Shown here piece by piece: positions 12,854-26,107 of a DNA stretch of 64,000 nucleotides. Below the pieces are notes generated by a model. It saw nothing but the letters and a program-made list of their open reading frames with translations. It was not told where the DNA came from and did no database searches. The translations under genes were made by a program, and so were the position numbers. The stretch lies in NCBI RefSeq assembly GCF_963921235.1, contig NC_086098.1, forward strand, positions 237,274,001 to 237,338,000. The letters run 5' to 3'. This DNA comes from Mobula hypostoma. Lineage: Eukaryota. Position 1 is the first letter of the stretch. Each line of letters starts with the position of its first letter.

Positions 12854-14352
12854 CCGGACAGGTGCGGACAGTCAGCGCCCAATATTCCGACTGAACCACG
12901 CGCTGTTCTGTGAAGTCCAGGAACTGGTCTTGTTACAGCGTCTGCAGACCGGAGTCTCCGGGTCCGTTTATCAACCGGGATGTTAAAGACTGGGAGGTGC
13001 CAGAGAAATGGTGGTAGCGGAGACTGACCTGCCATTCTGTGTAGACTTTGAATGGACATCTTGCTGATCTTCAAAACGTTAGCCTTAATTTCAAAAAAAA
13101 TGTTTCATCTTATTGTAGTACATATCTAGTCCGGCAGAACCTTGGAGAATCCTCGGGCTAAGGTGATTTTAACCCTTATATCGTCAGGAACTCTCTGGAA
13201 CAGCGGAGTGGAGGGGAGAGTGGTGCCATATTTTGCCCAGAATGGTTAATGAGATCTAAACATCTTAGGATCACACTTATCAAATTCCCACCAAGTCCCT
13301 GTGCCATTCCAAATCTGGCTCGTCCAATCATCGGTTCTGAGGTTAGGAAATTCCAGCAGAAAGCTTGCTGGCGAGTAAAGCTTGTCGATAAAAATGCGTA
13401 GCTCCCAATCGACTCGTGTTCTTCTCTAAGGTCTCAGGAACGATGTCCTGGATAGAAACTAATTTCATGTCAGGTCAGTGATTGCGCAAAGGTTACTGTT
13501 CAAGGTCGGTCAATGCTGCCGTAGGGCATTGTGAGTGTTCTTCCAGACAGATAGACATCCGCCTATCATTAGATGGATGTTAAGCAGTAATTCTGCTGAT
13601 GACGCAAACAACTGCAGATGCCGGTATCTGGAACAACTCACAAAGAGCAGGAGTGACTCAACGGCTCAATAGCATTTATGCAGTGAAATGGATAGTCAAC
13701 AATTACGGCCCGAGAGTTTTCATCTGAAAGTTTGTACTGCATTCATTTCATTTCTTTCCATCTGTGAGATATTGAGACAATTCACAAGACCATGACAATA
13801 GTCAGACAAAGCTTTTAGGTGTAAACTTAAGTCTGACAACATTAATGCCCGGCAATGGCCTTGTTCAGCAGGGAATCTGACCTCGAGACCTTGATATCCA
13901 ATGATCTTGCCGCCCGACCTTGTTAAATTCTTCGCCGTCAATATTCAGGTTATCTATGAGCAGAACACACTGGATTAATTAAATTGACGTTTATAAATTA
14001 GACCCTGCTAAAAAGCTGGCGATCACAGAGTTCAAAGTTCAAAGTAAATTTATTATCAAAATACGTATGCCATCAAATACTGCCCTGAGATCTATTGTCT
14101 CCACTGCATTCACCGTAGATATCAAGAAATGCAAAGAAACACCACATGCAAACGGACAAAGTGTAACTGAAGACTCAGTGTGTAAATACAAACGAACAAA
14201 TGCATACATACAGGAATAGATGGATTAATAATTCAATAGATAGAAACTAAATAATAAGTAAATCGATAGATGCATTAATAAATATTTGAATGAACAAATA
14301 GCCAGCAAGTTAGTTGGTAGATAGATATTTGTCTACATGCATAGACAGGTGT

Positions 14353-14665
14353 GGGCACGTGGCCAAGTGGTTAAGGCATTGGACTAGCGACCTGAAGGTC
14401 ATCAGTTTGAGCCCCAGCCGAGGGAACGTGTTGTGTCCTTGAGCAAGGCACTTAATCACACAGTGCTCTGCGACGACACTGGTGCCAAACTGTATGGGTC
14501 CTAATGCCCTTCCCTTGGACAACATTGGTGTCGTGGAGAGCGGAGACTTGCAGCATGGGCAGCATGGGCAGCTGCTGGTCTTCCAGTCAACCTTGCCTAG
14601 GCCTGCGCCCTGGAGAGTGAACACTTTCCAGGCGCAGATCCATGGTCTCGCAAGACTAACTTTAC
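14353..14665 (+). mobile_element. tRNA-derived SINE
   Basis: Head GGGCACGTGGCCAAGTGGTTAAGG (A-box-like), a B-box-like GTTTGAGCCC, and a typical SINE body (gtgtccttgagcaaggcacttaa). Confidence 0.7.
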
Positions 14666-16544
14666 ATAGACAGTCAGAGAGATGGATAGATACATATATA
14701 CATACATACATGGATGAGTCGACAGATAGATAAGTAGATAATCGAGAGAGAGATACAACTGAGAGCATGAGTTGTAGAGCCCTTCAATATGAGTATATAG
14801 GTTGTGGAATCAGTTTAGTGTTAAGGTGACTAAAATTACAGAAGCCTGGACACATGTTTACTAAAACCAATAACATCTATCTGATACGTCGAAGACTTTC
14901 CGAAGAAAACTCGAAAGACAACAGCATTCCAACCTAATGGACTGGCCCCACACCTCCACCATTAAAATGTACACCATTCTCCACTGGGTTACTGGTTATG
15001 AGCCATGGTAAAATAAGGTAAAGTATGCTAATCGGTTATCGGAGTCTCACGCCTTCTTCGTTGCCCAATCAGAATTGGACTTATCACCTACTTTTCTGCA
15101 ATAGACCTTGAAATATCAATTCCATTAATATCCAGAAATTCATCCTTGAAAAATACCTCGGGGGTATACGGAAGGCTGAAGCAGCCTTGTGGCACAACGG
15201 CCTTCATCAGTCACGACACAGTTTAGAAGTTAGGACGCAACGGTGCATATTCATTAGATGTTGCACAGGCGGAATTTCTAATATTGCTTTCAGTATTAGT
15301 CACCATATTGGAAAGGTAACATTAATTTGGAAAGAGTGCAGTAAATGTTTACGTCGATGTTGCTAGGGTTCGAGGGACTGAGTGATGATAGATCGGATAG
15401 GTTAGGTCTTTATTCCTTGGAGCATAGGAGAATAAAGGGTTATCTCACAGATTAGTATAAAGATCGTAGGGTGCATGCATATGGTGAAGGCTGCCCAGGG
15501 GCGGGAAGTAAAGAACTGGAGGGCACAGGTTTAAGCCGAGTAAAGAAAAAATTTAAAAATTTCTTCTGGGGCAACCTTTACAACGGAGGATCGTATGCAT
15601 ATGAAACGAGCTGCGACAGAAGCTTGTAGCTGCACGCACAATGACACCATTTAAAAGACATTTAGACAGGCACATGCATTGCAAAGGTCTGGCGGTATAG
15701 CGGGAAATGCGACGCTCTTGCATCTCGGGACGCCAGAGCTCAGAGTTCAGTTCCGATGGTATCTGAAAGAAGACTGTATGTCCTCCCCGTGAAATACATC
15801 GGTTTTTTCCAGGTCCTCGATTTATTTTACTCAGTCCAAGACGTGCCGGTTCGTGGATAAGTTGGTCATCATACATTGTTCCGTGATTCGCCTAAGGGTA
15901 AATCAGCAGTAAATCTGGCCTTGCTTGTCGGTGCAACCTGAACAGGCGGTCGGGTCTACTCTGCTCTGTAGGCATCTAGGGCATTATGAATAAGCTCAGC
16001 CAGTAGACTTCCTTCCACGCTGCACGATTCTGTGCCTCCATACTCTCACCACTCTTCGATCACTTGCATGTCCTCTCATAACTCTGAAAATTGAACCAAA
16101 GCACCGTATCAATTGTGTTTTCATTAAGGTCACAGAGCCATAGAGACATAGACCGAAACAGCATAGCAACAGGAGTTTCTGTCTATTTGTCTATGCTGAA
16201 ACATTATATTACCTAGTCCCATCGACATAAACCGGAGCCCTTTATACCCTTCCAACCCATGTAACTATCCAAATTTCTCTTGAATATTGAAATCAAACCC
16301 GCATCCACTACTTCCATTGCCAGCTCGTTCCACGCTCTCTCCACCCTCTGCGTGAAGAAGTTCACCCTCACGTTACCTTGAAACATTTCACCTTTTACAC
16401 CTAAGCCATAACCTGTAGTTCTATGCTAACCAATATAAGTGGAAAAAGTCTATTTGCATTTACTCCGTCTATGTCACTCAGAATTTCGTGTACCTTGATT
16501 AAAGTTCCACTCAATCTCCTACCATGTTTGGGCTCCCATATGAT

Positions 16545-17600
16545 GACCTGGCTGGCAGGTAGCTAGGGGTGGCGTAGACAGTGCCCCGCTAGTTTCAGTC
16601 TTCTCGCCTCAATTTTAGTGGTGAGCATCGCTAGGTCGGCATAGAGCTCGACGTTCGTCATATGCTGTTGCCAACTCACGTCAAGAGCCATCCGGAGCAT
16701 TCGTGTATAGTAACCATCTGGAGTCTTTCGTATAGTATTGGTGAGTGTCCTGGTCTGGCATCCGTACGTGAGAATGAACTCTATGACTGCCATGAAGATC
16801 CTCTTTTTAAGCCCTCTCGTCAGGTTCGACTTCCAGATTTCCTTCATGACGTTCATAGCCCTCCACGCCAGCGCCTTCCGTATCTTTATGACCTTCTCCG
16901 AACTCATCATTCTTGACCCGAGGTACTTGTAGTCAAAGACTTTCTTAATGGTATCATTCTCTACGGTCTTGAGAGTACATTCGTCGCAGTTAAACGCCAT
17001 GTACTCTGTCTTTTTAGCACTTAGGTGAAGTCCAACTTTATTGCACTCTATTTCCACTTTTGTCAGTAGCTGCTGTGCTTCCTCCATCTGGTCAGACAGC
17101 AGGACTATATCATCTGCAAAATCGAGATCTGTGAGTTAACTGGTCTGACCCTTTTGTTTGGTCCTGGTGTTATGGTAAAATCAAGCTTGTTATGATCTTT
17201 AGTAGCTTGACATAGAGCGTACATTATAAAGATGTAGGGTGCCAGGATGTCTCCTTGCAGCACACTAGCTAGGAGCTCGAACACTGCTGTTTCTCCGTCT
17301 GGTGTTACAACTTTCTCCATGGTTTTGGTATAGCTGGACTCTATTGCTCTCAGTAGACGGTTTGGCACTCCGTAAGCTTTCAGGGTCTTCAGCATTTTAC
17401 CTCGGTCAAAAGCTTTGCGAAAATCGATGAAAGTAAGCACGGCTGGTAGGTTGTTCTTCTTGACTTCCTGGATGATTCTACGGAGAGCAAGTATTTGCAT
17501 TGCTGTTCTGCACTTCTGCTGAAAACCATTCTGATTGAATCTCAGCTTAGGGTCAATTCTGGCGTGAATCCTGTTCAAGATCACCCAGTTGTATAGCTTT
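16545..17600 (-). mobile_element. RTE-clade LINE reverse transcriptase fragment
   Basis: ORFs 17105-17584 (Q.GF....FIDFRKAFD...VLQGD.LAPY.F) and 16563-17087 (VGLHLS.KKTE...YKYLGS...I.IRK.LAW...L.YGC...MLR..L.VSW). Confidence 0.85.
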
Positions 17601-18548
17601 GCTATACTCGCTGGAATTTAGAAGATTGAGTGGGGATCTTATTGAAACGTATAAAATTCTAAAGGGATTGGACAGGCTAGATGCAGGAAGATTGTTCCCG
17701 ATATTGGGAAAGTCCAGAACGAGGGGTCACAGTTTAAATATAAAGGGGAAGCCATTTAGGACTTCCATCATCGCTCTCTCGTTGACACTTCTTCAACCTG
17801 ACTATCCAGATGCTGTTGAATCTGAGAAACCCAATGCCGTCGCTTGCTATTGACGCCAAGCCACTGGTTACATTTAAAACGGAGATTGATAGGTTCGTAA
17901 TTAGTAAGGGCGTCAGAAGTTACGGGGAGAAGGCAGGAGAATGAGTTTGAATTGGAAAACATTTCAGCAGTGATGGAATCACAGAGTAGATTCCATGTGC
18001 CAAATGGACTAAATCTGCTCCAATGTCGTACGGTCTTATAACCGGCTTCATACCCTTAGATACTTTTCAGTGCTATTCCATCACTGTAACTGTATAAAAG
18101 TCTGGTTAAGCCGCACTTGCGTGGAATTCAGGTCATCCCATTATAGGAGGCATTGGGGAAGGTGCAGAAAAGATGTAGTAAAATGATTGCAGAAATAGAT
18201 TGCATTAAAGATAGGAGAAGATTGACAAATCTACTGTTTTCTCTGGAGAGTGGATGTTGGAGGAAACAAATGATCAAACTTCAAAAATCTATGAGGGGAA
18301 TAGAAAGGGCAGGCACACAAAATAGATACCCATTGTAGGAATATCATATACCGAAGAGCCTGGCTTTAAGATTATAGGGATTTGTTTAAGGACATGCATG
18401 ATGGTAAACTGTATAACAGAGTGCAGTGGGTGCCTGAAAAAACTGCTGCAATCGAGGGTAGAAGTCAGATAATGATGTTTAGGCCTTTTAGATAGGACAA
18501 ATGCGCAACCATGGACGGATATCGATCACGTGCAAGAAAGAGGAATTA

Positions 18549-18760
18549 NNNNNNNNNNNNNNNNNNNNNNNNNNNNNNNNNNNNNNNNNNNNNNNNNNNN
18601 NNNNNNNNNNNNNNNNNNNNNNNNNNNNNNNNNNNNNNNNNNNNNNNNNNNNNNNNNNNNNNNNNNNNNNNNNNNNNNNNNNNNNNNNNNNNNNNNNNNN
18701 NNNNNNNNNNNNNNNNNNNNNNNNNNNNNNNNNNNNNNNNNNNNNNNNNNNNNNNNNNNN
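18549..18760. other. Assembly gap (N run)
   Basis: Run of N. Confidence 1.
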
Positions 18761-21072
18761 CTCTTACACTCTCAGAATTTCAAAATTGGTATCAAATGGA
18801 AAGTTTTAACTTATTAAAATTCATCGCATGAAAAAAAAACAAATTGCAGTATCTGAAACATAATTTTTGGAGACAGTTTGAGCTTCGGCGTCTTCCCGTA
18901 GTTGCACTTCCTCAAAAGAAGACTGCGGTACTCTGCAAAGTGTTCACCTATCACTCCCACCCATCCCCGCCTCCTCCTCCGCGAGTCCCAGTGACCACCT
19001 GTATCGTCTCACATACAAGAAAGAGCACAGCAGCAACTTGTGTGACTGTGGCTAAACAAAGGGTGTCCTGATCCCGACTAAGACATGACGGGATCAGCAG
19101 TTGTATCAGGCCCTGCCGATAGCGGTAGTCTGGGACCTGGCTGTTAGAGTCTATGACCTATCATTTGGGTAGAATGAACCGGACTGAGCAGTGTCTGATA
19201 GTCTGGGTAGGTTTGATTGCTTTGCAGATCTCAGACCATAACTCCCAAAACTCAACACCAACGCTTGCACTGTAGAAACGTATGGAAGAGCAGGAGTACA
19301 CAGTTCGTTCCCTCGAATCTGTACCTCAATAACAAGATCCCCGACTACAATCCTCCTTCCTTGCGAGTTCTTCAAATCGTCTGGCTCCCTCTCTGTAAGT
19401 AAGACAAGTGACTCCTTCAAAAATATGTTCATCGACGAAACACCCATTCAGCGATCAGGAAAATACAGAGATTCGCGGCCTTTCCCAAATGAAGACAGTG
19501 CTCTACTCATTTCACATTGGCTGATTTCTTTTCCTGTCGTGTGACTCGAATCCGAGGAGCTCCCGGAAGCCTTTGTCTTGCCGGGCCTTCTCATGACTGG
19601 CTCTGAGGCTGCTCGCTTTTCACTGAGTTCATTCTGTACTGTCGCCTATTTAGGCCCGTGTACTCGGTCTCCGTTGGTTGGACTGCTCTGTCAACCCTGG
19701 CCTCCCTTGCTAGAGAAGAAAACCCATCCATCAGGCACACTACAATATGACTCCATTAATAGTGAGATATGGGTTTCATCTAGCGAGGAGAGAATGAATA
19801 GGAGAAGCCCACATTCACTGCAATAAGGTTGAATGAAAGCTGAATCTTCAAACAAATCTTCGCAGAGACTCCAAATCGTCCAGGAGCCCATGAATGCCAC
19901 CTCGCTATTTTGCTCTCTGATTGCATTACTTATTTTATAATGGTACAATAAAAATTTCTTATTATAATTTGAATGATCGGTTCTTCTTATCCGGGTCTTC
20001 CCGGTAGGGCGATGAAAATACATTCATCAAGCAGGTTGCTACGATGTATCTCAAACTTCTCAAGACCAGATAAAACATGAAACGAATTATGATTTTGCCA
20101 CTGACAGGTACCTCTGAGAAAACGCATGAGGAAAGAAAAGTCTCTGGGCAATACCTGGGGCATAAAAGGCGCCATGGAAATGCCAGACAGTCTCTTCGCA
20201 TTGCTGCACATATTATCAGAGTAGATGTCTGGAAGTTGTCATCGAAACCAAACCACCTCGCATCGGTAGTATTAACAGTCGTTGCGGACTATATAAATTA
20301 GTATCAAAGGAGCAGAGTCAGAGAATCACAGAATCACACAGCACGGAAACAAGTCTTTCAGTCCATCTGGTCCATGCTGATCGAGATGACACATCCAAGC
20401 ATATTCCAGCTGCCTGTGTTTGGACCATATCCCTCTAAACATTTCCTATATATTTACACTAATCTGTCCTTTAAATATTATCGTTGTAGCCGTCTCAACC
20501 GATTTCAGAGACACCACCCTTTTTGCAAAAAAAAAAGTTGTCCCTAAAATCCCTCCCCGCTTTCCCCTTCACTTCACAACTCTGCTCTCAATTTCTTCAT
20601 AGAAAAAAAACTTAGAAATCTCCCATGCCCTAAGGAAAGAATTTCTGACCGGTCTGTTCCATTCAGAACAGAAATGCGAAGAATTCTTTTTTAGCCAGAG
20701 GCTGGTGAATCTATGGAATTTGTTGCCACGGGCAGCAGTGGAGGCCAAGTCAGTGGGTGTATTTAAGGCAGAGATTGATAGGTATCTGTGTAGCCAGGGA
20801 ATGAAAGGTTATGGTGAGAAGTCGGGGGAGTGGGACTAAATGGGAGAATGGATCAGCTCATGATAAAATGGCGGAGCAGACTCGATGGGCCGAATGGCTG
20901 ACTTCTGCTCCTTTGTCTTATGGTCTTATGGTCTGAAATAACCCTGACACTCGCCCGGGAGATCTAGCATCCTTCTAAACCTTTAGTGCACTGTTCCTAG
21001 TTTAATAGCATTTTTCCTGTAGCAAGGCAACTAAAACTGAACGCAGTTCTTCAAGTGTATTCACGCCAGCGT

Positions 21073-21618
21073 TACTCAGTGGCTACCTTATCTGCACACC
21101 TGTTCGTCAGTGTAAATATCTAATCAGCCAATCATGTGGTATGAATTCAATGCTAAAAAGCATGCAGACATGGTCAAGAAGTTCAATTGTTGTTCATACC
21201 AAATATCCGAATGAGGAAGATACGTTATCTAAGAGTGACTTTGACTCTGGAATGATTCTTGTTCTCATACGGGTGGTTTGATTAACTCTGAAACTGCTGA
21301 TCTCCTACGTTTTTCATGCACTACAGTCTTTGGAGTTTACAGAAAATGGTACGAAAATCAAATAAAATCATCCAGTGACCGGTTATTCTGTGGGCGCATT
21401 TGCCTTGTCAATGAGAGAGGTCAGAAGAGAATAGCGTAAATGGTGCAAGTTGACAGGAAGGCGGTAATAACTCAAATAACCTCGTGTTACAACGGTGCAG
21501 AAGAGTGTTCTGAACGCAGAACACATCGAATCCTGAAGTGAATAAAGATTCAAGACCACGAATACATACTTGGTGGCCACTTTACTTGTTACACATAACA
21601 AAGTGGCCACTGAGTGCA
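21073..21618. mobile_element. Tc1/mariner-type non-autonomous element
   Basis: Inverted termini ACTCAGTGGC (21074-21083) and GCCACTGAGT (21606-21615); interior resembles Tc1 non-coding and degraded transposase sequence. Confidence 0.6.
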
Positions 21619-22700
21619 TGGAAACTAACGAAATTGCAAATGAATTCTGTACCTGAGATGAGATGCGGTCTGAAGGGGTTAAATGCCGATGTCATTAGCA
21701 ACTTGTACGGAGCAAAAGAATGAATTGCTTATCGTGTATCGATCCAAAGGCGTCTCCCACTTAGACGATACACACTACTCCTCCAACTCTCCACAAAAAG
21801 AAGACGGTTCACTGAAGATCAAGAACTTGCATCTATTTGAATGACGCTCTCTTGTTCTGATCAGCACAATATTATAGATTTTAGAAATAGTACCGTAATA
21901 AGAGCTTTACTTGGGCAGAACTCGGACTCACAGTTGAATAACCGAATAACAAAACAGAGAACGTTGATGCTGACATAGTGAGCCCGTTTGATGGTGTGTC
22001 AAGACTCAAGACACACACACACACACACACACAGTGCTGAAGGAATTCAGAAAGAAAAGCAATGTATCAGGAGGAGAATCGGCAGTGGATGTTTCGGGCC
22101 AGAGACGCTGCCTAACTGAGTTCCTCCAGCATTGTGTGTGTGTGTTGCTCCAGATTTCCAGCATCTGTTGAATGTCATGTGTTTTTCACAAGAATAAGAC
22201 TAATAGATGGCTGCAAGACTGGGAAGGGAGGAGGGCGATGTAAGCACAATTCCCAATAGATCCACCGTGGAAATCGCGAAAAACACACTCTGAGTGTGAG
22301 AAGAATGCGGAACTCGCTGGAGATGGTGAACAACAGAAGTTGGTTTAAGAGGACGATGGGTCGTCACACGGGGGTGGGGGGGGGGGAAGAAAGGGAAGTA
22401 GATGATAGGTGGGATGAAAAGAGGTGAGAGCGTGTTACTGCGGAGCAGAAGCACAGGTGGATCTTAAAAATGGACCGTCCCACACCCGGTTGCGAAAGGG
22501 TGAGGCTTGCGCATGTGGTTAGCAACTCCCACCCGTAAAAACCCCTCGCCTCAAAAACGCCAACACAAGTTCCAAAAATCACATCCCTAGGAGAGCAAGG
22601 ATCTTCAAAGATGGGCTGCATCTGGGGGCAGTTTGAAAGACTGTCAGATGACAGAGGATTCTGGAAGGATGCTGTCAGTGGCCTATGTTGTAGTAGGGCT

Positions 22701-22755
22701 GAAGAAGAAGAAGAAGAAGAAGAAGAAGAAGAAGAAGAAGAAGAAGAAGAAGAAG
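22701..22755. repeat. (GAA)n microsatellite, probably a LINE 3' tail
   Basis: Pure GAA run directly after ...gtcagtggcctatgttg, which resembles a LINE 3' end. Confidence 0.8.
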
Positions 22756-24865
22756 AGTCGCCACTGGAGAGAAAAGCGACCAAATGTATCTTCCGCGCTG
22801 TAGATGTTTTGCAGAAGACCGTATTAGAGGAAGTTCAATTTCAGAGTACAGACACAAAAAGTTGAAAGAACTCAGAACTCAGGCACATTATTTGGAGAGG
22901 AATGAACTATTAACGTGTCGGATCGAGGCCTTTCTTCAGGTCTGATGACTCTGAGATGAGGGACAAAGAGTGAAATAGATTTACTTTTCAATTTAAAATG
23001 TAACAACTGGTTCTGGGCCTAAAGATCTATGTTGTGCCAAGGCCGAATCGGTGCTCGAGATTATTTGACTTTCAGTAACAGGGAAGAGAATCAGCCCCTG
23101 AATCAAAGGCAACAAGACGTCCTGTCATCAGAGATGCACAGTGAACTGCTACCGTGAAACTCGCAGAGAGACTCGCTCACAATGCATCTATCTCATATTC
23201 AGATGCTTTAAATACTAGTGAGCAGTTGCAACAGCAGATAACGCTGGAGATGGAAAATGTAACCGAACCAGAGCTCTTTGTGGGTTTCCTGTTTTCGTAA
23301 CTTCGAAGCTGCCGCCCAAAGTTCAGCCTGTTAGACTTCATATTATATGATGCACTGGAAGACCCTGCAAACAACATCGTTGCAGTGGAAATTAATCTCA
23401 TATACAGTGCTCTGTGTTGCGTCCGGTTTACCTGCGCTTCGTAATGTAAACAGTTCTCTAACCTTAATAAATAAACCGAAGTTTAACACTGGAGGAACAT
23501 TATCTCGGGGCGCTGACTATCTCCAACAGCATCTGCGTTGATATTTAATGTCACACTAACGAGTCCCGCATAATTTAGTTACCAGATGACATAGGAGCAG
23601 AATATGGCTACTCAGTCTACTCCACCATTCCATCATTTCTGATTTATTTACCTCTCAAATCCAGTTCCTGCCTTACCCGATACCCTTCAGGCCCTTACTA
23701 ATCAAGAATGTATTAAACCTCTTTCTAAGTATACCCATTGGCTTGGCTTCCACAACCGTCTGTGGCAAAGTGTTCCACAGATTCACTACACCCTGGCCAA
23801 AGAAATTCCACCTTATCTATGTTCTGAAGGAATGCCATACTTTTCTGAGACTGTGCACTCTGGTCCTAATGTCTCCTACAATTGGAAGTAAAATTTCCAC
23901 CTCAACGTTTTCTAGGCTTTTCAATATTTGACAAGTTTTAATGATATTCCACCCGCTCCCCATTTTTCTAAACTCTTGACAGTATAGGCCCAGAGGAATC
24001 AAACGCTCCTCATAATGTCAGCCCAAAGCTGCTCATAATAGACCAGGTGCTGTCTGACCAATTTGTACAATGCTATAGAAATCACCATGCATTGTAAACG
24101 CATTTCGCTGTAGGAATATAGTGACTTCAATACCAGGTCAGAGGTTGCGAAGCCCAGAGCGTGGAACACTTTATGACAGCCCAATGCATTTCTCCCTTAG
24201 CACGGGTCACGATTTCGGTGGAATACTCTCTGTTGGCCTCTAATGGTGCAGCTGCGACCACGTAAAGTCGGTATTATCCATTTCATAAGTTCCCGTACCA
24301 AATTTCACTGAGTTACTCGCCCAGACAGCTTCAACAGCTCTTCCCGTACCCTGGCCAAGCAGTTCCAGTGTAGCAGTGACGGGAATACACTACTGCAGGT
24401 TTCCCTCCAAGTCGTGTATTACCCTGGCTGGCATATCTGTGTTCCGTCAGTGTCTGGTTCTGAACTTATTCTCATAGTATCGCAATGTTTACCTTTATAA
24501 GAGGGGCTGCAGTAAGTAAGCACCGTCGATTCATCGCCAGCTTCTGCGGGGATTTAGGTATGAGGACGTGAATACTAGTTTTGTTATCGATACAGATGTG
24601 TACATCCCAGAAACCATGCTCAAACCATGCTCTCTCTGGAAGTCTTTCAGAAGAATTCTCCATAGCCATTTGACCTTCTGACGCACTGATGCGGTAATCA
24701 AGTGTAACCCGCACAAAGCGCAGTATGGACGCAGTGGACCCGCCCCCGAATCTCGTCACCGAGTTGGGACAACTGTAGCTGAGAGGCTGCACAGAGCGGC
24801 AGTTGAGCTCAGTCCGACTCCTGGGAGTCGAGGGCAGCACCAGCCGACCACCGGTCTGAGGCCAA

Positions 24866-24920
24866 ATGTTGATGAAACTATTATTCCTGTTCGTTACCGT
24901 TGAGATGTTTCGTGTTTACG
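24866..24920 (+). CDS. VJ-C1-TM-ITIM receptor, exon 1 (signal peptide)
   Basis: ATG...MLMKLLFLFVTVEMFRVY G|gtgagt: hydrophobic leader with a strong phase-1 donor; GC-box (cccgcccc) ~120 bp upstream. Confidence 0.75.
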
Positions 24921-25380
24921 GTGAGTGAGTCGGGGTTGGTAACTTTCAAACGTACCCTAGCAAGTTTGCTATACACTGCATTAAACATTCCGTGAAAGTG
25001 GGGAAATAAACTTCAGTAAATGAAATGAGAAATTATTAAGCTAGAATCTCATCAAAGCTGACGATAAACCGATTTAATAAATTACCAGTCAGTTTCTATG
25101 AGCCTCGCTCATTTTCTTTTGGTGAAGGTTATCTAGCGCACTGCTCCTCTCTGCACCTAAGCAGCTCCAAACCTAAAGCAGTATGTTTGGCGAGCCCTGA
25201 CTGAAATGGCCCCCAAACCTCTCAATTTAAGGTCATCTGCGGATAGATAGAAAAATTTATTTTAGCCAATAAATGCAACTGAAAATTACAGCGAACTTTT
25301 AAACTGCAGGCAATATGCTTAATTTCTACTTAGTTCAATTCCTGATAATTTTAGTTAACTGATAATAATTGGTGTTACAG

Positions 25381-25704
25381 AATCCGAGCCCTTTCCTGTG
25401 AGTCCAGCTGCAATGACTGCAGATGTGGGAGATACAGTTGAACTGCCCTGTGAACTTACGAACAAACTAGAGTTCGCGAACAATGTTTTCTGGTACAAGC
25501 ACCGTGCTGACGAACCCCTGGTAGCGATTAAATCCACAGACTGCCAAGAGAAAGGTTGTAGGGCTACTTTCAAAAAAGGCTCCGGAGATCGCACATCAGT
25601 GCTGGAAATCAAGGATGTCCGGCTGGAGGATTCAGGTTTCTACTACTGTGATGAGATGAATAGCTATCCACCGCTTGTGAAAGGACCTAGACTCCTTGTT
25701 GGAG
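25381..25704 (+). CDS. VJ-C1-TM-ITIM receptor, exon 2 (V-set domain with J-like G strand)
   Basis: ESEPFPVSPAAMTADVGDTVELPCELTNKLEFANNVFWYKHRADEPLVAIKSTDCQEKGCRATFKKGSGDRTSVLEIKDVRLEDSGFYYCDEMNSYPPLVKGPRLLVG; V-set C, W and DSGxYYC motifs; donor G|gtaaga. The acceptor at 25380 (gttacag) is inferred from phase. Confidence 0.85.
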
Positions 25705-25786
25705 GTAAGAGGACTCGGTAGTGAGATTATAATCAACCATGTACTTTGGTTACACTCCGGTTAACTATGTCCCATTCTCTGACCAG

Positions 25787-26107
25787 ACAGCTCCACCAAT
25801 CGGACGTACATGCAGTTATTTGTCCCACCGTCTGAGAGTAATGGGTCAGTTCCCCTGGTGTGTCTGGTCGGCGGCCTTTTGTCCAAACAGATTGTCATTT
25901 ACTGGAACATATCCGGACAGATCACGGAAGGATGGAGCGATCCCGGTACGCTTGACCCAGATCAAAGCTACAGTGTTAGAAGTCAGGTGCTGGTCCCAGT
26001 GGAAACTTGGAGGAGCGGCGGGCTCTTCACCTGCATCGCACAACTAGGGGGTGCGGGAAAGACGAGGACTAAGAGCGTCTCCCATCCCACCATTCAACCA
26101 GATCAAG
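25787..26107 (+). CDS. VJ-C1-TM-ITIM receptor, exon 3 (C1-set domain)
   Basis: 82-nt intron, acceptor ctctgaccag|AC. DSSTNRTYMQLFVPPSESNGSVPLVCLVGGLLSKQIVIYWNISGQITEGWSDPGTLDPDQSYSVRSQVLVPVETWRSGGLFTCIAQLGGAGKTRTKSVSHPTIQPDQ; C1 motifs LVCLV.G, W, YS..S.V.V, W..G..FTC; donor G|gtaagg; three NxS/T sites. Confidence 0.88.

Noticed and set aside
18501-18831. Three ORFs of ~100 aa
   Set aside because: Artefacts of translating through the N gap.
22611-22865. ORF with a poly-Glu tract
   Set aside because: The tract is just the (GAA)n microsatellite at an apparent LINE tail; no splice or domain support.
23137-23175. CACAGTG heptamer upstream of the receptor as an RSS
   Set aside because: No ACAAAAACC-like nonamer at 12 or 23 spacing and no adjacent V segment.
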